Assembly: GCA_943356675.1 (NCBI GenBank)
Contig: CALRFQ010000004.1
Location: 1-52,317, forward strand
Length of the DNA stretch: 52,317 bases
Reading direction: 5' to 3'
Origin: Candidatus Nomurabacteria bacterium
GTDB lineage: Bacteria > Patescibacteriota > Minisyncoccia > Phycocordibacterales > UBA9973
Under the pieces are notes generated by a model. It was not told where the DNA came from and did no database searches. It saw only the letters and a program-made list of their open reading frames with translations. Shown in pieces: positions 27,831 through 36,351 of this stretch. The position numbers and the translations under genes are program-made. How positions within the stretch are numbered: the stretch's first letter is position 1; each line of letters starts with the position of its first letter.

Positions 27831-28337
27831 ATGAGAATTCCGATAGTAAATGAACAGGATGAAGTTTTATATTATAAAGAACGTGAAGAGACTACCCGTG
27901 AAGAAATACGGCGTATTATTGGACTCAATGTTTTTAATGAAAAAGGTGAAGTCCTTATTGCAAAACGCCAATCCAATAAAAAAATTGATCCTAATTTATG
28001 GGGTCCGTCTGTGGCTGGCACAGTGGATGAAGGTTGTGATTATGATGATACTGTAGTTAAAGAAGCTGAAGAAGAAATAGGATTAAAAAATATAAAACCA
28101 ATATTTTTAAAAAAATATTTTTACGAAACTCCTAAAACAAGGCGCTACACACAGCTTTATTACGTCACAATAGATTCTGGTACAAAACTAACTTTGCAAG
28201 ATGAAGAAGTAGCTGAAATCAAATGGATTAGTATTATTGACTTAGAAAATTGGTTTAAAGAAAAGCCAAAAGATTTTATTCCATCATTCCAAAGGACAAT
28301 GAATAATATCAAAGAAATTAATGAAAATAAAAATTAG
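27831..28337 (+). CDS. NUDIX hydrolase (Idi/YfcD-like)
   Basis: IVNEQDE…IAKRQ.K…P.LW..SVAGTV…KEAEEEIGL, QDEEV. Confidence 0.85.
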   Translation: MRIPIVNEQDEVLYYKEREETTREEIRRIIGLNVFNEKGEVLIAKRQSNKKIDPNLWGPSVAGTVDEGCDYDDTVVKEAEEEIGLKNIKPIFLKKYFYETPKTRRYTQLYYVTIDSGTKLTLQDEEVAEIKWISIIDLENWFKEKPKDFIPSFQRTMNNIKEINENKN

Positions 28338-28743
28338 AAAATTAAAAGAAGATGCGAAGTTGCCTACATATGCAAACCCGGGGGATGTGGGTATGGATAT
28401 GTATGCGATGGAGACAGTGACTATTCCTCCTATGGGGCACCACAGATTTTGGCATGGATTTGCACTGGAGTTTGAGAATGGCTATGCGGCTATAGTGAAG
28501 GATAAATCGAGCATTTCTAAAGCGGGGCTTCACACTATGGGAGGAGTTTTCGACGCGGGATTTAGAGGAGAATATAATACGCACGTAGTAAACCTTGGAA
28601 GCGAAGCGTATACTGTGGAAGCTGGCGACAAGGTGGCACAGCTCATCATTTACCCTGTGGCTATTGCGGAACTTGAGGAATCTGATACATTAAGTGAGTC
28701 AGTGCGTGGGGAAGGAAGCTTCGGCAGTACAGGCAAAAAGTAA
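28321..28743 (+). CDS. dut: dUTP diphosphatase (trimeric)
   Basis: GMDM, KSS, GGVFDAGFRGE, AQL, RGEGSFGSTG. Confidence 0.95.
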   Translation: MKIKIRKLKEDAKLPTYANPGDVGMDMYAMETVTIPPMGHHRFWHGFALEFENGYAAIVKDKSSISKAGLHTMGGVFDAGFRGEYNTHVVNLGSEAYTVEAGDKVAQLIIYPVAIAELEESDTLSESVRGEGSFGSTGKK

Positions 28744-28744
28744 T

Positions 28745-30469
28745 ATGGAAACACAGATAAAGAATTTAATTAAAGATGCACTTAAGAACCTCGGCATAGA
28801 AGCGAAGGCTATAGTGCTCGAGCACCCAGCGGATATAAAGATGGGGGATTATTCTACGAACGTTGCCATGGCTTATGCAAAAGCTCTCAAGATGAACCCA
28901 AAGGAATTGGCAGAGAAAATCGTGGGAGGAATAAATAAAATATCAGAAATTGAAAAAATCGAAGTTGCTGGTCCTGGCTTTATAAACTTCTATCTATCTC
29001 GCGAATTTTTTGCAAATTCTATAAAAGAAATTTTAAATAATAAAGAAAATTGGGGTAAAAATAATATTTCAAAAGGAAAGAAGATTATGGTGGAGTATAC
29101 AGACCCAAATCCTTTCAAACCATTCCATATTGGTCACCTTATGACGAATGCCATAGGAGAGTCACTTGCTCGTATTACAGAATTCTCTGGTGCGGATACT
29201 GTGCGTGCAAACTATCAAGGTGATGTAGGTATGCATGTGGCGAAGTCTATGTACGGGATTTTCAATTCTAAAGAATATAAAGAAAGTGGAATTCCAAAAT
29301 TAGGAAGTTCTGAGGCAGCTGTGTGGATAGGTGAATGCTATTCGAAAGGTAGTGATGCATATGACAATGATGCTGACGCTAAAAAGGAAATAGAAAGTTT
29401 TAATAAAAAAGTTTATGACAAGAGCGATGAAAAGGTAAATGAAGTTTATGATTGGGGTAGAAGTGTTACCCTAGAAGCCTTTGAAGAAATTTACAAAACT
29501 TTAGGAACAAAGTTCAAGCATTACTTTTTTGAAAGTGTAATGGCACCAATTGGCGAGAAGATAGTTCGAGAAAATATGGGAAATGTGTTTGAAGAATCCG
29601 AAGGCGCCATAGTATTTCATGCTGAGAATTATGACCCCAAGCTTCATACTCGTGTATTTATTACGTCCCTCGGAATTCCACTTTATGAGACGAAAGAAAT
29701 TGGACTTACCGTTACAAAATTTGAAAAAGAACAAAACCTCGACCTTTCTATAGTAGTTACTGCTATCGAGCAAGGTGAATATATGAAAGTAGTTGCGAAA
29801 GCTATGTCACTGCTTCATCCAGAGCTCGAAATGAAGATGAAGCATATTACTCACGGAATGATGCGTCTTACAACAGGGAAGATGAGTTCAAGAAAAGGGA
29901 ATGTAATTACTGGAGAGTCACTACTTCGTGATTCTATTTCCACAATTTTAGAAAAAGTACAAGAGAGGGATATGAGCGAGGATGAGAAGAAAGAGGTGGC
30001 AGAAATTGTGGGAGTATCTGCGCTCAAATATTCAATCTTAAAATCTTCGATGGGATCAGACATTATTTATGACTTCGATAAGTCTATATCTTTCGAAGGG
30101 GATTCAGGTCCGTACCTTCAGTACACAGTTGTGCGTGCAAGTGCGATACTCCGAAAGGCAGAGGAAGCAGGCCTATCACCTGTAACCTTTGACCTATTAC
30201 CTGTTCCAAACGAGATTACGAGTTTGGAACACATGCTCTATCAATTCCCTGAAGTCGTCGCTCGCGCATATGAATCACTTGAACCTCACCATATAGCCAC
30301 ATACCTTACTGAGCTTGCGAGCGCCTTTAACTCATTTTATGGCAATACTCAAATAATAAACAAAGAAGACCCAAATTCAGGTTACCGCGTAGCCCTCGTG
30401 GAAGCTTTCTATAATACTATGAAAAACGGCTTATACCTTTTAGGTATCAAAACTCCTGAAAAGATGTAG
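28745..30469 (+). CDS. argS: Arginine--tRNA ligase
   Basis: GDYSTN, AGPGFINF, PNPFKPFHIGH, KMSSRKG, GPYLQY, C-terminal PEKM. Start at METQ 28745. Confidence 0.97.
   Translation: METQIKNLIKDALKNLGIEAKAIVLEHPADIKMGDYSTNVAMAYAKALKMNPKELAEKIVGGINKISEIEKIEVAGPGFINFYLSREFFANSIKEILNNKENWGKNNISKGKKIMVEYTDPNPFKPFHIGHLMTNAIGESLARITEFSGADTVRANYQGDVGMHVAKSMYGIFNSKEYKESGIPKLGSSEAAVWIGECYSKGSDAYDNDADAKKEIESFNKKVYDKSDEKVNEVYDWGRSVTLEAFEEIYKTLGTKFKHYFFESVMAPIGEKIVRENMGNVFEESEGAIVFHAENYDPKLHTRVFITSLGIPLYETKEIGLTVTKFEKEQNLDLSIVVTAIEQGEYMKVVAKAMSLLHPELEMKMKHITHGMMRLTTGKMSSRKGNVITGESLLRDSISTILEKVQERDMSEDEKKEVAEIVGVSALKYSILKSSMGSDIIYDFDKSISFEGDSGPYLQYTVVRASAILRKAEEAGLSPVTFDLLPVPNEITSLEHMLYQFPEVVARAYESLEPHHIATYLTELASAFNSFYGNTQIINKEDPNSGYRVALVEAFYNTMKNGLYLLGIKTPEKM
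30173..30207 (+). repeat. Five degenerate 7-bp units (CTnnnAC) inside argS
   Basis: ctatcac ctgtaac ctttgac ctattac ctgttcc, encoding LSPVTFDLLPVP. Confidence 0.65.
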
Positions 30470-30482
30470 GATACTACTTTTT

Positions 30483-30608
30483 TTATGCTATAATATTAAA
30501 ACTTAATAGTTGACTTTTTATTATGATGAAAAAATATTTATCAATTTTTGTTTTATCTTTTTTGTTCCTAAGCACTAATAGTGCCTTGGCTGTTTATAAT
30601 GCGTCAGA
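30483..30608 (+). repeat. Near-identical duplicate of 32431..32554 (promoter, 5' UTR and signal peptide)
   Basis: Direct comparison of the two stretches. Confidence 0.9.
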
Positions 30609-32376
30609 CGTGATAGGGCAACGTGATTCTTCAAATAATGCTGTTTTTACAACAAGTGCTGCAAATAACGGTAGTACGGTAAGTGCACGAGGGCTTTCTA
30701 GTGAAGTTCGTGCTGTAAAATTAGACACAGTACATCACCGATTGTTCGTTGTGGATAGAAATAACAATCGTGTACTTGTGTACAACCTTGATTCCAGTAA
30801 TAATCTTCTTGATACAGATGCTGATAATGTATTTGGACAAGTTGATTTAACTGCTACTGCATCATCTTGTACTACCGCGACAGGTTTAAATTCACCTACT
30901 GGCGCAGAATATGATTCTGCAAATAATCGTCTATTTGTTGCTATGACCAATAGTGGAAGTGCTTATAGTCGTATTGTTGTTTATGATTTATCTTCTGGTA
31001 TTACAGATGGGATGGCTGCAGTAAATGTACTTGGTCAAGCAAATCTTACAACATGTAATTCTAGAGTAAGTACGGCGAGTAACGTATATTTCCCATTTGA
31101 TATGAAGTACGACACTACTACAGGGTTATTGTATGTAGCAGATTTGTCTCGTAACCGTGCACTTGTTTTTGATGCTCGTCCAGCAAGTTCTGCTCCTATG
31201 ACTGTGTGTGGTGCTACTACAACAGGTATAGTAGACAATATGGATGCATCATGTGTTCTTGGTCAACCAAACTTTTCTACAGTTAGTTCAGGTAATACAA
31301 TAGCAAAAATGAATGGTACATTTGGTTTTGAAATCGATACGACTAATCATCGTTTATATGTATCTGAATATGCTTCCAATCGTATTAAGGTTTATGACAC
31401 ATCAGCATTAGCAACAAGCATGGATGCTTCATATGTTTTAGGTCAGACTGATTTTTCTGGAGCTACATCAGGTGTAACACAATCGAAATTTAATTCTCCG
31501 ACTGCGATGGCGTTTGATGCCACTACTGGACTACTTTATGTAACTGATGAAAACAACCACCGTGTAATGGTTTTTGATGTATCAGGAACTATATCTAACG
31601 GAATGTCTGCATCGTATATTCTTGGTGCAGATGATTTTACAACAATAAATAGTGGACCTACAGCATCTTTAATGGGAGTAGTTTTTGGTGTTGCTATTGA
31701 TACAAACAACAAGAATTTATTTGTGGTGGATAAAACTAATGACCGTGTTCTTCTTTTTAAACCAACTATTGCAATTCAATCAAGCACATTGAATTCAGGT
31801 AAAGTAACTAGAACATATTCAGAAAGTATATCGATAAGTGATAATCAACAGACTCCTTCTCTTGAGCTAGTTAGTGGAACGTTACCAACTGGAATTTCAA
31901 TTTCAGGTACATCATTAGTGGGTAGAGCTACAGAATTTGGAACTTACAATTTTGTATTAAAGGCAGTTGATACTGGCATACACGGAATTTTCTCTTCAGA
32001 TGACACTAATTTCAGCATAGACATTCAATACCTACCTAGTACTTCTGGATCTACTGCTTCAAGCTTTGGTTCAAAAGTAAACAATAATACTCAAAGTTCA
32101 ATTCCTGTAAGTACTGAAAATGATACATCTATTAAGGTGTGTGCCGCATTTGGTAAGCCAGTTAAGTTTGGTAGAAATAATGATAAAGATGAGGTAAAGC
32201 TATGGCAACAATTCTTAAACAATAGTGAAGGTGAGAAATTAGCTGTTGATGGAGGATACGGATTAAAGAGCAAGCTAGCTGTTGCTAGATTCCAAAAGAA
32301 GCACAACCTAGGATCAGATGGAATTATAGGTCCAAAAACAGAAGAAGAGGGTAATAAAACAAAGACTTGTTATTAA
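30523..32376 (+). CDS. Secreted NHL-repeat (beta-propeller) protein with Ig-like domain and C-terminal peptidoglycan-binding domain
   Basis: Signal peptide (…SALA), repeated RLFVxDxxNxRVLV and VLGQxDF units, Ig-like SGTLPTGISI…GTYNFVLKA, and VKLWQQFLN…DGGYG..S..AV..FQKK..L..DGIIGP. Confidence 0.85.
   Translation: MMKKYLSIFVLSFLFLSTNSALAVYNASDVIGQRDSSNNAVFTTSAANNGSTVSARGLSSEVRAVKLDTVHHRLFVVDRNNNRVLVYNLDSSNNLLDTDADNVFGQVDLTATASSCTTATGLNSPTGAEYDSANNRLFVAMTNSGSAYSRIVVYDLSSGITDGMAAVNVLGQANLTTCNSRVSTASNVYFPFDMKYDTTTGLLYVADLSRNRALVFDARPASSAPMTVCGATTTGIVDNMDASCVLGQPNFSTVSSGNTIAKMNGTFGFEIDTTNHRLYVSEYASNRIKVYDTSALATSMDASYVLGQTDFSGATSGVTQSKFNSPTAMAFDATTGLLYVTDENNHRVMVFDVSGTISNGMSASYILGADDFTTINSGPTASLMGVVFGVAIDTNNKNLFVVDKTNDRVLLFKPTIAIQSSTLNSGKVTRTYSESISISDNQQTPSLELVSGTLPTGISISGTSLVGRATEFGTYNFVLKAVDTGIHGIFSSDDTNFSIDIQYLPSTSGSTASSFGSKVNNNTQSSIPVSTENDTSIKVCAAFGKPVKFGRNNDKDEVKLWQQFLNNSEGEKLAVDGGYGLKSKLAVARFQKKHNLGSDGIIGPKTEEEGNKTKTCY
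31762..32054 (+). repeat. 293-bp high-identity duplicate of 33708..34000 (Ig-like domain)
   Basis: Same length and colinear, encoding PTIAIQSSTLNSGKVTR…QYLPSTSGS in both. Confidence 0.9.
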
Positions 32377-32383
32377 TTATGCT

Positions 32384-32415
32384 CATAAAAACACCACATA
32401 TGTGGTGTTTTTATG
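32384..32415. terminator. Perfect 32-bp palindrome, probable terminator
   Basis: CATAAAAACACCACAT|ATGTGGTGTTTTTATG. Confidence 0.75.
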
Positions 32416-32471
32416 TAATATCTTTTAAACTTATGATATAATATTAAAACTTAATAGTTAACTTTTATATT

Positions 32472-34292
32472 ATGAAAAAATATTTATCAATTTTTGTTTT
32501 ATCTTTTTTGTTCCTAAGCACTAATAGTGCCTTGGCTGTTTATAATGCGTCAGATGTTATAGGGCAGCGTGACGGGTCTAATAATGCGTCTTATACTACA
32601 AACACCGCAGCTGTAACAGCAAGTGGTTTGTCTGCTTATATACGAGGTATTGCCCTAGACGAAGTACATCATCGTCTGTTTATATCTGACGGATCAAACA
32701 ACCGTGTTTTGGTTTACAATCTTGACTCAGCAAATAAACTTATAGACACTACCGCTGACAATGTTCTAGGTCAACCAGATATGACATCAAACACGTCTTT
32801 ATGTACCAGTATGTCTGGTTTAGCTGGCCCCAGAGGTTTGTCTTATGACCCATTAAACAATCGCCTTTTTGTTACGATGGATGGTATGACTGATTACAGA
32901 ACAGGGCATGGTGTTTTTGTATACGACGTAGCTTCAATTACAGACGGTGAAGCGGCTGTGAATGTGCTAGGCAGGTCAACTATGGCATCTTGTGCAAACA
33001 CAAGTGTATACAATGCTGTAAATATTATGTTTCCGTACGGTGTTGCCTTTGATGTAGAAACAGGCCTATTATATGTTTCTGACCTATCTCATAGCCGTGT
33101 TGTCGCTTTTGATGCACGACCAGCTGGTAGTGCATCTACTTCATTTTGTGGCGCCAGTGCCACCACAGGTATTGCAGACTTTATGTCAGCTTCATGTGTG
33201 ATAGGTAAAGCAAACTTTACTTCGTCTACTTCAGCTCCTTTATCTGATACTGTTATGGGTAACAATTCAGGTGTAACTATAGATTATGTACACCACAGGC
33301 TTTTTGTTAGTCAGTATGCTTCAAATAGAATTACAGTATATGACATATCAAGTTTGGCAAACGGAATGGCTGCATCATATGTTATCGGGCAGGCAGACTT
33401 TTCTACATCTGCAGCTGGATTAACCGCATCTACTGTAAACAATGTCAGCTCTACAAGTTATGACTCTGTAAATAATTACCTTTATGCATCAGATGAATTA
33501 AATAGACGCGTTCTAGTATATAAATTAGACAATATAGCAAACGGCATGTCTGCTTCATACATACTTGGCCAAGACGATTTTACTACAAACACAGCAAGTC
33601 TGACACAGCATGGTTTCGGAGACAAGCCAGGTGAATCTTATTATGATACAACAAATCAACGCCTGTATGTTTTAGAACAAGCTGGTGCACGCGCATTAGT
33701 TTTCCAGCCAACAATCGCAATCCAATCAAGCACATTAAATTCAGGTAAAGTGACTAGGTCATATTCAGAAAGTATAACGATAAGTGATAATCAACAGACT
33801 CCTTCCCTTGAACTAGTTAGTGGAACGTTACCAAGTGGAATTTCAATTTCAGGTACGTCACTAGTGGGTAGAGCTATAGAATTTGGAACTTACAATTTTG
33901 TACTAAAAGCAATAGATACTGGTATTCATGGTATTTTCTCCTCAGATAATACTAATTTTAGTATTGATATTCAGTATCTACCTAGTACTTCTGGTTCTAC
34001 AATTATGGGTTCAATACCCATAGAGATTAATAATAATGATTCATCAAGTAAAGTTTGTGTAGCATTTAGTAAAACTATAAAAGCTGGTCAAAAGAATGAT
34101 AAAGATGAAGTTAAGTTATGGCAGCAATTTTTAAACAATAGTGAAAATGAGAACTTAGTGATCGACGGGGGGTATGGTGCGAAGAGTAAAGCTGCAATTG
34201 TTAAATTTCAAAAGAAAAATAATTTGGGTTCTGATGGTATCATAGGACCGGTTACTCGTCTTCCAGCAAATATGATCCTTGGATGTAAGTAA
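32472..34292 (+). CDS. Secreted NHL-repeat/Ig/peptidoglycan-binding protein (paralog)
   Basis: Same architecture as 30523..32376. Confidence 0.85.
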   Translation: MKKYLSIFVLSFLFLSTNSALAVYNASDVIGQRDGSNNASYTTNTAAVTASGLSAYIRGIALDEVHHRLFISDGSNNRVLVYNLDSANKLIDTTADNVLGQPDMTSNTSLCTSMSGLAGPRGLSYDPLNNRLFVTMDGMTDYRTGHGVFVYDVASITDGEAAVNVLGRSTMASCANTSVYNAVNIMFPYGVAFDVETGLLYVSDLSHSRVVAFDARPAGSASTSFCGASATTGIADFMSASCVIGKANFTSSTSAPLSDTVMGNNSGVTIDYVHHRLFVSQYASNRITVYDISSLANGMAASYVIGQADFSTSAAGLTASTVNNVSSTSYDSVNNYLYASDELNRRVLVYKLDNIANGMSASYILGQDDFTTNTASLTQHGFGDKPGESYYDTTNQRLYVLEQAGARALVFQPTIAIQSSTLNSGKVTRSYSESITISDNQQTPSLELVSGTLPSGISISGTSLVGRAIEFGTYNFVLKAIDTGIHGIFSSDNTNFSIDIQYLPSTSGSTIMGSIPIEINNNDSSSKVCVAFSKTIKAGQKNDKDEVKLWQQFLNNSENENLVIDGGYGAKSKAAIVKFQKKNNLGSDGIIGPVTRLPANMILGCK

Positions 34293-34351
34293 ATCTATTT
34301 CTCTCAAAAAAGTGCTTTTTTTACACAGTATTTACTGTATAATATAAACAC

Positions 34352-36304
34352 ATGAAACGGAAGTTAATATTTAAGGTAATATCTGTATTTATAATAATTT
34401 CAGTATTTTTTATTGCTTATAAAAACTACTCACACGCTGCATTTAGTACAGTAGACTGTACAAACGGCGCACACCTCACAACACTAGGGGGTATATCTCA
34501 GGCTGAATGTCAGGCATTAGAAGATTTATATACAGATACAGCCGGTGCATCGTGGACCACTAAGACAAACTGGGATACTGTTTCTGATGTTGGTACATGG
34601 TACGGGGTAACTCGTACTGGTACACATGTTACAACTATTCTATTAAATAGTAATAATCTGGTTGGGACTTTACCCTCATCTATCTCTAGTTTAACAGGGT
34701 TAGTAAGTTTCAATGTGCAAAATAATACACTTTCTGGTCCTATACCATCTTTTACTTCAAATACTGCTCTGATTAATCTTATTATGAGCTATAATCAATT
34801 CACTGGATCAATTCCATCATTAAGTACAAATACATTATTAGAATATGTTTATTTTAATAATAATCAACTCACTGGGTCTATTCCATCTTTATCAACCAAT
34901 ACCGTATTGGTTGATTTATATATTAATAATAATCAACTCACTGGGTCTATTCCATCACTAAGTACAAATACATTATTGAGATATGTTGATTTAGGATACA
35001 ATCAACTCACTGGGTCTATTCCATCCCTAACAACCAATACTACATTAGTTTATTTTTATGTTAATAATAATCAACTCACTGGGTCTATTCCATCATTAAC
35101 ACCAAATACATTATTGAAATATGTTGAGTTAAATAACAATCAGCTTACTGGATCTATTCCATCATTAACAGCAAATACAGTCCTAGAAGAATTTTATGTT
35201 AATAAAAATAATCTAAGTGGAGATATTCCAGATCTAACATCTTTTGCTTCACTTTTAGGTTCATTTGCTGAAAATGCTTTATATACCAGTTCTAGTACCA
35301 TAGATACAGCTGCAGATACTAAATTTTCTGAAAACTGGTCTGCTACGCAAACCATAGCTCCTACTGGAGTTGCTGCCACAGTATCAGGAACTGATATTAT
35401 TATTTCATGGAATCCTATAGAATATGCATCCATTGGGTCTTATAAAGTTTACTCAAGTACAGTTTCAGGTGGGCCGTACAGTACATTACAAGGCACCGTA
35501 GCTAGGACTGGTAGTCAAACACTTACTATTTCTGGTCTGAGTACTAATACGAATTATTATTTTATAGTTCAGTCGTATACACCAGACAACGGAACACAAC
35601 AAAATGTAGTAACTGCAGATTCAGCAGAAGTTTTAGGAAGAATTGCGAGGCGCTCAAGTTCTAGTGGAAGTTCTGGAAGAGTAATTCATACATATCCAAC
35701 AAGTGCGGATGCTTCTAAAATGAATATATCTTTAACCAATATTCCAACTTTAGTAAATAATATTGCCAAATTAAAGTGGAGCCCTATTGTTAATGCGGTC
35801 AGCATGGTGTTTTCTTTGGACTCAAATTTTATAAATGCAATAAGTATGCCATTCAAACAGGAATCAAATTTTATTTTACCAAGCGTTATTGGGACATATA
35901 ATATATACGCAAAACTCACTTCTTCTACTGGTGATTCATTGTATTTTAATCCAATCTTAGTAAAAATTGATAACATTTCAAAAATTAAGCTAGTGGAAAA
36001 GCCAATCGTTCCAAAAGTGATTAATAAAAAACCAACAGTAACTCCAATTAAAACTATAAAGACATGTGGACCGCTTAATAAATACTTAGAACCAGGAAGA
36101 GTAAATAATGATAAAAATGAAGTTAAGCTTTGGCAGAATTTCTTGAATAAATACGAGGGGGAGGAACTTGATGTAAATGGTAATTATGATTTACTAACTC
36201 AAGAAGCTGTCTTTCGGTATCAAGCTGTAAATAATATGAAAGTTGACGGAGTAATAGGATCCGCTACACGCCTACCAGCAAACAGAATCCTTGGCTGTAA
36301 GTAA
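34352..36304 (+). CDS. Secreted LRR + fibronectin type III + peptidoglycan-binding protein
   Basis: Signal peptide, LRR cap (ECQALEDLY…W…WYGVT), NNQLTGSIPSL repeats, FN3 (ISWN…YKVY…LSTNTNYYF.V), and a PG-binding tail. Confidence 0.85.
   Translation: MKRKLIFKVISVFIIISVFFIAYKNYSHAAFSTVDCTNGAHLTTLGGISQAECQALEDLYTDTAGASWTTKTNWDTVSDVGTWYGVTRTGTHVTTILLNSNNLVGTLPSSISSLTGLVSFNVQNNTLSGPIPSFTSNTALINLIMSYNQFTGSIPSLSTNTLLEYVYFNNNQLTGSIPSLSTNTVLVDLYINNNQLTGSIPSLSTNTLLRYVDLGYNQLTGSIPSLTTNTTLVYFYVNNNQLTGSIPSLTPNTLLKYVELNNNQLTGSIPSLTANTVLEEFYVNKNNLSGDIPDLTSFASLLGSFAENALYTSSSTIDTAADTKFSENWSATQTIAPTGVAATVSGTDIIISWNPIEYASIGSYKVYSSTVSGGPYSTLQGTVARTGSQTLTISGLSTNTNYYFIVQSYTPDNGTQQNVVTADSAEVLGRIARRSSSSGSSGRVIHTYPTSADASKMNISLTNIPTLVNNIAKLKWSPIVNAVSMVFSLDSNFINAISMPFKQESNFILPSVIGTYNIYAKLTSSTGDSLYFNPILVKIDNISKIKLVEKPIVPKVINKKPTVTPIKTIKTCGPLNKYLEPGRVNNDKNEVKLWQNFLNKYEGEELDVNGNYDLLTQEAVFRYQAVNNMKVDGVIGSATRLPANRILGCK
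34793..35206 (+). repeat. Six 69-bp (23-aa) LRR tandem repeats
   Basis: Units start at 34793, 34862, 34931, 35000, 35069 and 35138. The core AATCAACTCACTGGGTCTATTCCATC is identical in the four middle copies. Confidence 0.9.
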
Positions 36305-36351
36305 ATCTATTTCTTTCAAAAAAGCTTATTTTTTGGTAGTATTTACTGTAT

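Noticed and set aside
19213-28743. Nucleotide island as a prophage
   Set aside because: No integrase, structural, terminase or replication genes. glyA, tmk and dut run directly into argS.
30483-34000. Duplicated blocks as a possible diversity-generating retroelement (TR/VR)
   Set aside because: No reverse transcriptase is in the window, the differences are not adenine-specific, and both copies are coding.
34793-35206. Regularly spaced identical 26-bp repeats resembling a CRISPR array
   Set aside because: The period is 69 bp and in frame, the 'spacers' resemble each other and encode LRRs, and no cas genes are present.
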